Of a stretch of 64,000 nucleotides of DNA, positions 58,184 through 64,000 are shown piece after piece. Under the pieces are notes generated by a model. The model saw only the letters and a list, made by a program, of their open reading frames with translations, was not told where the DNA came from and did no database searches. Source of the stretch: a virus (taxonomy: Duplodnaviria; Caudoviricetes). The stretch covers positions 125,230 through 189,229 of IMG/VR virus record IMGVR_UViG_3300049009_000874; one strand, 5' to 3'. A program made the position numbers and the translations under genes. Within the stretch, counting starts at the first letter, position 1. Every line of letters begins with the position of its first letter.

Positions 58184-58923
58184 GATACTTCAAAGGCGTA
58201 CCCGAGGACTTCCTCAGAAAGTCGTTCGAATACGACCCGGACAGCCCCTCGTGTCTCGTGCGACTTCGCTCATACTCAGAACGGAAAGATAATGCCAACC
58301 ACGTTCGTAAACGAAAAGGAGTAAACGGTTTTCGAGCGCAGATCGTGATCGACGGTAAATGCCACCAAAAATACTTCTCCTTCGGCGCAAACGGCAAATC
58401 GGAGCGACAAGCCGAATCGGAAGCACATGCCTTCATCGAGAAAACCAAAAAAGAAAACCCGGAAACCGTCAAGACGGCAGGACGTAAAGACAAACGCGGA
58501 TACTGGACGTCGGCAATAGCGTACAACGGCAAAATCATCAAATTGCTCGTCCACCGACTCGTCTTCTTCCTCTGCAACGAAAACGTCTACATCGAAGGAA
58601 TGGAGATCGACCACATAGACAACAACCCGTCCAACAACAGAAAAGAAAACCTCCGAGACGGCACAAAAGAACAAAACCAACACAACACGAAACTGTCGAA
58701 GAGTAACAAGTCAGGAACAAAGGGGTTTCGTGACAACGTAAAAACCAAAACGTTTCAGGCGAGCGTAAGGTGCAACGGAAAACAACACCATAAATACTTC
58801 CCCTACGGCAAAACCCCGACCGAAGAACACAAGGAAAAAATCAGAGCCATTGCCATCATTTGGCTCAGGGAAACAAGGCAACGTCTCCACGGAGAATTCG
58901 CGAACCACGGAGATACAGAATGA
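58180..58923 (+). CDS. HNH/AP2-like endonuclease, copy 4
   Basis: Same architecture; ATGA overlap. Confidence 0.9.
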   Translation: MRYFKGVPEDFLRKSFEYDPDSPSCLVRLRSYSERKDNANHVRKRKGVNGFRAQIVIDGKCHQKYFSFGANGKSERQAESEAHAFIEKTKKENPETVKTAGRKDKRGYWTSAIAYNGKIIKLLVHRLVFFLCNENVYIEGMEIDHIDNNPSNNRKENLRDGTKEQNQHNTKLSKSNKSGTKGFRDNVKTKTFQASVRCNGKQHHKYFPYGKTPTEEHKEKIRAIAIIWLRETRQRLHGEFANHGDTE

Positions 58924-59663
58924 GATACTTCCAGAATATACCCGAGGACTTCCTCAGAGATGCGTTCCAATACGACCCGGACAGCCCGTCTGGTCTCGTA
59001 AGATTGCGCTCACAATCAGAAAATAGAGATAAAGCCAGCCACGTCCGTAAACGAAAGGGAGTAAACGGTTTTCACGCGCAGATCATGATCGAAGGGAAAC
59101 GCCACCAGAAATACTTCCCATTCGGTAGGAACGGCAAATCGGAGCGACAAGCCGAATCGGAAGCGCACGCATTCATCGAGAAAACAAAAACGGAAAATCT
59201 TCAAACCATCAAGACGGCAGGATATAAAACCAATCGAGGATACTGGAGGAATTGCATCAGGTACAAGGGCAAGCCCATTAACTTCCTTGTCCACAGACTC
59301 GTATTCTTCCTCTGCAACGAAAACGTCGACATCGAAAAAAAGACGATCGACCACGATGACAACAACCCGTCCAACAACAGAAAAGAAAACCTCCAGATAG
59401 CAACATCCTCCCAGAACAGCCACAACGCGAAACTGTCGAAGAGAAACAAGTTGGGCACAAAGGGGCTTTTCGACAACGTAAAGAGACACTATTTCCAAGC
59501 GCAGGTCATGATCGACGGGAAACGCCACCAGAAAACCTTCCCCTACGGCAAAACCCCGACCAAAAAGCACAAAGCCAAAATCAGAGCCATTGCCATCATC
59601 TGGCTCAGGGAAACCAGACAACGTCTCCACGGAGACTTTACGAACCACGGAGACGACGAATGA
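58920..59663 (+). CDS. HNH/AP2-like endonuclease, copy 5
   Basis: Same architecture; ATGA overlap. Confidence 0.9.
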   Translation: MRYFQNIPEDFLRDAFQYDPDSPSGLVRLRSQSENRDKASHVRKRKGVNGFHAQIMIEGKRHQKYFPFGRNGKSERQAESEAHAFIEKTKTENLQTIKTAGYKTNRGYWRNCIRYKGKPINFLVHRLVFFLCNENVDIEKKTIDHDDNNPSNNRKENLQIATSSQNSHNAKLSKRNKLGTKGLFDNVKRHYFQAQVMIDGKRHQKTFPYGKTPTKKHKAKIRAIAIIWLRETRQRLHGDFTNHGDDE

Positions 59664-60394
59664 GATACTTCCAAGGTATACCAGAAAGCTTCCTCAGAAA
59701 ATCTTTCGAATACGACCCGGAAAGCCCGTCTGGTCTCGTAAAATTGCGTACATTCCAAGAACAGAGAGATAAAGCCAGCCACGTCCATAAACGAAAAGGA
59801 CAAAACGGTTTTCAAGCGCAGATCATGATCGACGGAAAAAACCATCGGAAATCGTTCCCCTTCGGCAGGAACGGCAAATCGGAGCAACAAGCCGAATCGG
59901 AAGCACACGCCTTCATCGAGAAAATACAAAACGAAAACCCGGAAATTACCAAGACGGCAGGATGTAAAAGAAAAGACGGATACTGGATAGATGCAATCAC
60001 GTGCAACGGCAAAAAAATTTACTTCCTTGTCCACCGACTCGTCTTCTTTTTCTGCAACAAGAAGATCGACATCGAAAAAAAGAAGATCGACCACAAGGAC
60101 AACAACCGCTCCAACAACAGAAAAGAAAACCTCCGAACCGGCACAACCTCTCAAAATGCCTGCAACGCGAAACTGTCGAAAAGGAACACCTCAGGCACAA
60201 AGGGGCTTTTCGACAACGTAAAGAGACACCGTTTCCAAGCGCAGGTCAGAATCAACCGAAAAAACCACCAGAAAGTCTTCCACTACGGCAAAACCCCGAC
60301 CAAAAAGCACAAAGCCAAAATCAGAGCCATCGCCGAAGCATGGCTCAGGGAAACAAGGCAACGACTCCACAAAGACTTTTTCAACCACGGATAA
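59660..60394 (+). CDS. HNH/AP2-like endonuclease, copy 6
   Basis: Same architecture; ends FFNHG. Confidence 0.9.
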   Translation: MRYFQGIPESFLRKSFEYDPESPSGLVKLRTFQEQRDKASHVHKRKGQNGFQAQIMIDGKNHRKSFPFGRNGKSEQQAESEAHAFIEKIQNENPEITKTAGCKRKDGYWIDAITCNGKKIYFLVHRLVFFFCNKKIDIEKKKIDHKDNNRSNNRKENLRTGTTSQNACNAKLSKRNTSGTKGLFDNVKRHRFQAQVRINRKNHQKVFHYGKTPTKKHKAKIRAIAEAWLRETRQRLHKDFFNHG

Positions 60395-60455
60395 GAGACG
60401 AAGATACGCGCAAGACAAATCGGACGCCCAGCCCCCTACATACACAAGGGGGCAA

Positions 60456-60995
60456 ATGACGACTTTCACAGAATACGCCAGAAGACGGGACGGACAATCC
60501 GGAAACCAAACACCAGACGGCAACGACATGATGTCCGAGGAATGGCTCGGTAAGGTGTGGGGCTTCCTCGCCCGCATAGCCACCACCGCATCCGCGGCTG
60601 CGGGAGCCGTATCCCTCGGGCAGGTCGCCGGCGTCGACATCGACCAGATGGACCAGATGGGCATAGGCGTAGAGCAGATCGCCGATTTCATCAAGAGGGC
60701 GAAACTCACCGCCGAACAGATCAAGATCCTCGACTCCCTCAGGGAGGAGATGACGCGCCGACTCCGGGACAAGTGCCACGCCGACCTCGATAGGTTCAGG
60801 GGCTCCGCCGACTGGCTCAAGGAGAAACGGGACAGCGCCGAAGCCTGCGACAAATACTGCAAGCTCAAGAAGGACCCAAAAGCCTGCGGCAAATCCGGCA
60901 AGATTGTTTACGACTTCGGCAGGTACAAGAGAGTCGCCAGGAACCCCTTCCCCAAGAAATCCAGAACCACAAACCACATGGAGCGCCAGGCATGA
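60456..60995 (+). CDS. Tagged hypothetical protein
   Basis: MTTFTEY...MMSEEW; hydrophobic segment; CTACATA and GGGGG upstream. Confidence 0.65.
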   Translation: MTTFTEYARRRDGQSGNQTPDGNDMMSEEWLGKVWGFLARIATTASAAAGAVSLGQVAGVDIDQMDQMGIGVEQIADFIKRAKLTAEQIKILDSLREEMTRRLRDKCHADLDRFRGSADWLKEKRDSAEACDKYCKLKKDPKACGKSGKIVYDFGRYKRVARNPFPKKSRTTNHMERQA

Positions 60996-61573
60996 GAAAC
61001 ATATACATCGACCTCGGATCCTACGACGGAGACACCCTCAGGCTTTTCACGGAAAAGTACCCGGACGCGGCGTCCTACAAGGCGTACTGCTTCGAGCCGA
61101 ACAAGATGTTCGACCACCACTACAAGAACCTAGCCTGCGAACACGTCAAGGCTGCAGCCTGGACCCGCGACGGCAACATAAGGTTCTACGTCTCCGAGAA
61201 ACAAACCAGAAGAAGCCACCTTGGCAACACCGTCATGCCGATGTTCGCGAGCGTACTTGCGAAAAACGACAAAACAGGGCTTCCCTTGATCCCCTGCGTC
61301 GACTTCAGCTCCTGGCTGAGGAAAAACGTCACACGGGAAGATTTCGTCGTATGCAAGATGGACATAGAGGGAGCCGAGTACGAAGTCCTCGAGAAAATCA
61401 TCGGGGACGGAAACCTCGACCTCATAAAGAAACTCTACGTCGAATGGCACAACACGAGACTCGAGGGCTTCGACAACTCGAGGCACGACAAACTCGTCGA
61501 GACACTCGCCGCCCACGGGTGCTACGACCCGAAGAAGATATTGTGCGGCTGCAAAAAGGTGCTAGATGTCTAG
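60992..61573 (+). CDS. FkbM-family methyltransferase
   Basis: YIDLGSYDG, YCFEPN, KMDIEGAEYEVL and VEWH. Confidence 0.88.
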   Translation: MRNIYIDLGSYDGDTLRLFTEKYPDAASYKAYCFEPNKMFDHHYKNLACEHVKAAAWTRDGNIRFYVSEKQTRRSHLGNTVMPMFASVLAKNDKTGLPLIPCVDFSSWLRKNVTREDFVVCKMDIEGAEYEVLEKIIGDGNLDLIKKLYVEWHNTRLEGFDNSRHDKLVETLAAHGCYDPKKILCGCKKVLDV

Positions 61574-62100
61574 ACCGGCTTCCGGAACGTCACGATGAAA
61601 CCCGTGTTGTCGTGGCAGTGACCCTTCGCGCACCTCATCCCGTCCTCGGAGTAGTACTTGACCAGAGACCCGGTCTTAGCCTTCCTCTCCCTGACCCCGA
61701 CGACCTCCAGACCAGCGCGGGCAGCCAGCCTCCTCACCCCCGTCACCGTGTACCTGAGGCTGTCCAGCTCGACCTCGTTGTGCAGCGGGTAGACGAAAGG
61801 GAAACTCACCACCGCCGTACCCCCGGGTCTAAGCATGTCGCAGATGTTCCCCATCGCCACCGTCGGCACCAGCAGGTACTCGAAAACCTCCAGGCAGAAC
61901 GCCATGTCGCACTTCTCCGCGTGCTCGTTCCTGACGTCTAGGTCGTACCCCGGCATGTCCATCACCACATACCTCCCGACCTCCCACGTCGCCGTCCTGC
62001 CCTTCACGGGCTTCTGACCGCCGCCGACGTCGAACACGGTGCCGCACCCAACGCGGACCGTCCTGAGGTAAGACTCCAGCTGATCCCTGTAAAAGCTCAT
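61570..62100 (-). CDS. Class I SAM-dependent methyltransferase
   Basis: VFDVGGG, CLEVFEY, LRPGG and PF.YPLH...D..RYT. Start reassigned to MSFYRD. Confidence 0.85.
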   Translation of the reverse strand: MSFYRDQLESYLRTVRVGCGTVFDVGGGQKPVKGRTATWEVGRYVVMDMPGYDLDVRNEHAEKCDMAFCLEVFEYLLVPTVAMGNICDMLRPGGTAVVSFPFVYPLHNEVELDSLRYTVTGVRRLAARAGLEVVGVRERKAKTGSLVKYYSEDGMRCAKGHCHDNTGFIVTFRKPV

Positions 62101-62726
62101 GACTTCAACTCCTTCAGAAAAGATTCCAGGTTCCCCCACTCGCCCTCCCTGTCGATCTCCCATGAGTGACCGAACATGTGGAACACGGGGTCGACCATGC
62201 CCCCCGCCACCCGGACCATCGACCTGGCGTACTCCAGCCACGACAGACCCCCGTACTCAGCCCTCCCGATCCCGACGTGCACGGTCGTGCTCCGGTAATA
62301 CGGGTCGTCGCCACCGTCGAGGCTGCCAACGCCCACACCCCTGGCGCTGCTGTAGCCGGCGAGCCTCACCATCTCCTTGTACTCCAAATCGAACCTCCCC
62401 CTCGGATAACAGAACGTGTCCACGACCTGCCCGGTCTCGTCCTGCCAGAACTTCCTCGACTCGAATATCTCGAAGCGAGCCTCCGAACTGGACAGAACAT
62501 CCTTCTTCAGGTGCGAGTGGCTGTAGGAGTGCGACCCGACGGTGAACGTCTTCGCGATCTCCTTGCACTCCTTCAAACTGAGGAACTCCTTCACGCCCTT
62601 CAGGTTCTTGCTTTTCTTCAAGGCGCACGGCCAGTAGAAGACCGTCGGCACCTCGTGCCTAGCCATCAACTCCGCGACCCTCAAATCCTGGACCGCCGCG
62701 TCATCCCAAGTCGCTATTAACCTCAC
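62097..62726 (-). CDS. Polysaccharide deacetylase (NodB/CE4)
   Basis: TWDD, GSHSYSH, FCYPRG and HMFGHSWE. Confidence 0.88.
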   Translation of the reverse strand: MRLIATWDDAAVQDLRVAELMARHEVPTVFYWPCALKKSKNLKGVKEFLSLKECKEIAKTFTVGSHSYSHSHLKKDVLSSSEARFEIFESRKFWQDETGQVVDTFCYPRGRFDLEYKEMVRLAGYSSARGVGVGSLDGGDDPYYRSTTVHVGIGRAEYGGLSWLEYARSMVRVAGGMVDPVFHMFGHSWEIDREGEWGNLESFLKELKS

Positions 62727-62806
62727 TGTGAACCTCCAGACACATGCGTGAACCTTTCGGTATGTATGTCATCCCAAAGCCTTTTACCTCGAAACCAAAA
62801 CCACAA

Positions 62807-63009
62807 CGTGAACGACCGCGTGAACCCCCAGCCACGTGAAACCATACGTGAACGACCGCGTGAACCCCCAGCCACGTGAAGCCATACGTGAAGCCATACG
62901 TGAAGCCAAACGTGAACGACCGCGTGAAGCCATACGTGAAGCAGTACGTGAACGACCGCGTGAAGCCGCCTCCCCGACGTGAAGCAGTACGTGAACGACC
63001 GCGTGAAGC
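62807..63009 (+). repeat. Sixteen co-oriented CGTGAA-core repeats, mostly 12-bp period
   Basis: Units cgtgaacgaccg, cgtgaagccata, cgtgaagcagta and cgtgaacccccagcca. Confidence 0.92.
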
Positions 63010-63294
63010 AAACAGCCTTCACACGGAGGGCGACCCGCTGGACTTGTGAAGCCGACCAGCATGGCTTGTGAAGCCCACGCCGCGTCGGGCGCGTGAAGCC
63101 GACCGCGAACCTGTGAAGCCCAGGACGGCGCATAACGGCGCATAACGGCGTATAAACGACTCATAACCCATAGACCCGTGAAGCCAATCCCATCGCCGTG
63201 GACTTGTGATACCGACTGGCGGGGAACGACCGAGGCTTTTTAACACTATAAGGGAACAACATGACACGACACGAGCCACGGCTGGCGGAAACCG

Positions 63295-63500
63295 CGTGAA
63301 AGCGGACGGGAAGCCACATGTTCGTGCGTACACTTAACCTTTCCGTGCGATTCAGCCATCCACAAGGACGTGAAAGCGGACGAGAAGCCACATGCCAGCC
63401 CTCGCAACCGAACTTTCCGGGCGATTCAGCCATCCAGAAGGACCCGAAAGTGGACGGGAAGCCACATGTTCGTGCGTACACTTAACCTTTCCGCGCGATT
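63295..63500 (+). repeat. Three degenerate ~74-bp tandem units
   Basis: gaaagYggacgRgaagccacatg...ctttccgNgcgatt at about 63295, 63369 and 63443. Confidence 0.85.
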
Positions 63501-63704
63501 TGTTTCGACGTCGCCGCGGGGGTGTCGTGTGAAAAGCGGCAAGGGGGGGGTCTAGCCGCACCCCTTTCCCGCGCCTCCCTTCCCCCAGCCGACGCAAAGG
63601 ATTCGGCTCCCGCGGACCTTTCACGCCCGTAAAAAGCCAATTCGGAGACCATTCCAGCCGAGTGAAAGGTCCGCGACGTGAACCCCATCGAGGCAAATCA
63701 AAGA

Positions 63705-63875
63705 CAAACCAGGTCTTTAATTGACGTGAAGAGACGATATCCAAATAAAATACAAACCAGGTCTTGAATTGATGTGAAGACCCAGACGACAACACGCAAA
63801 CCGGGTCTCTTGTCGACGTGAAGCCCCTCCCGGGAGGACAATTAAGGATAAACCAGGTCTTTGATTGACGTGAAG
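63705..63875 (+). repeat. Four ~27-bp iteron-like direct repeats
   Basis: AAACCAGGTCTTNNATTGACGTGAAG-like units at 63705, 63753, 63797 and 63849. Confidence 0.85.
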
Positions 63876-64000
63876 GTCGGTTTCCTGTCAGAAAAACGAG
63901 TACGGTTTCCCGACGCTGGGCTTGGAGGTGGCGGTTCGGGTGAAGGGGGTGGGGAAAATCCCCCGCCCCGCCTTGGGGGAAATGCCCCCCCCCCCTGTTT

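Noticed and set aside
55966-60394. Group I intron- or IS-encoded nucleases
   Set aside because: Copies abut directly with no intervening structured RNA, no interrupted host gene and no terminal inverted repeats.
62723-63795. Minus-strand ORFs in the repeat region (e.g. HVWL and ASR repeats)
   Set aside because: Open frames in several phases arise from stop-free 12-bp repeats; no protein-like composition or RBS.
63705-63875. CRISPR array
   Set aside because: Repeats are degenerate, spacers are short and uneven (17-25 nt), no cas genes are in the window, and the repeat shares the GTGAAG core of the surrounding iteron-like region.
1-64000. Alternative genetic code, tRNA or rRNA genes
   Set aside because: Standard code gives dense, full-length genes using all three stops. 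No cloverleaf or rRNA-like stretch was recognised by eye; tRNAscan-SE would settle it.
1-64000. Eukaryotic giant virus or bacterial chromosome origin
   Set aside because: Ankyrin, RCC1, SET and P4H genes could suggest a giant virus, but SD sites, ATGA coupling, rho-independent terminators and the bacterial pilin and PspC genes point to a bacteriophage. Housekeeping operons are absent.

Overview
This 64 kb window looks like the accessory and virion-cargo region of a large, probably T4-like dsDNA phage. The host is likely a Planctomycete, inferred from a DUF1559 prepilin gene. No core capsid, terminase or polymerase genes, tRNAs or CRISPR arrays were recognised. Five structures stand out. (1) About 27 otherwise diverse ORFs share a short N-terminal M-x-F-x-x-[WFY]-L...E peptide resembling the T4 internal-protein capsid-targeting sequence plus a prohead-protease site. 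Four more share a second N-terminal tag. Together they suggest a large head-packaged, injected effector set. (2) A translationally coupled array of nine paralogues lies at 37.4-46.0 kb, with constant ends, variable interiors and four dispersed relatives. (3) A six-copy mosaic array of HNH/AP2-like endonucleases lies at 56.0-60.4 kb. (4) There are many glycan-, DNA- and protein-modifying enzymes, some in cassettes bracketed by short duplications. (5) A repeat-rich non-coding right end may be an origin or genome terminus. All family assignments come from motifs read by eye; no searches were run.
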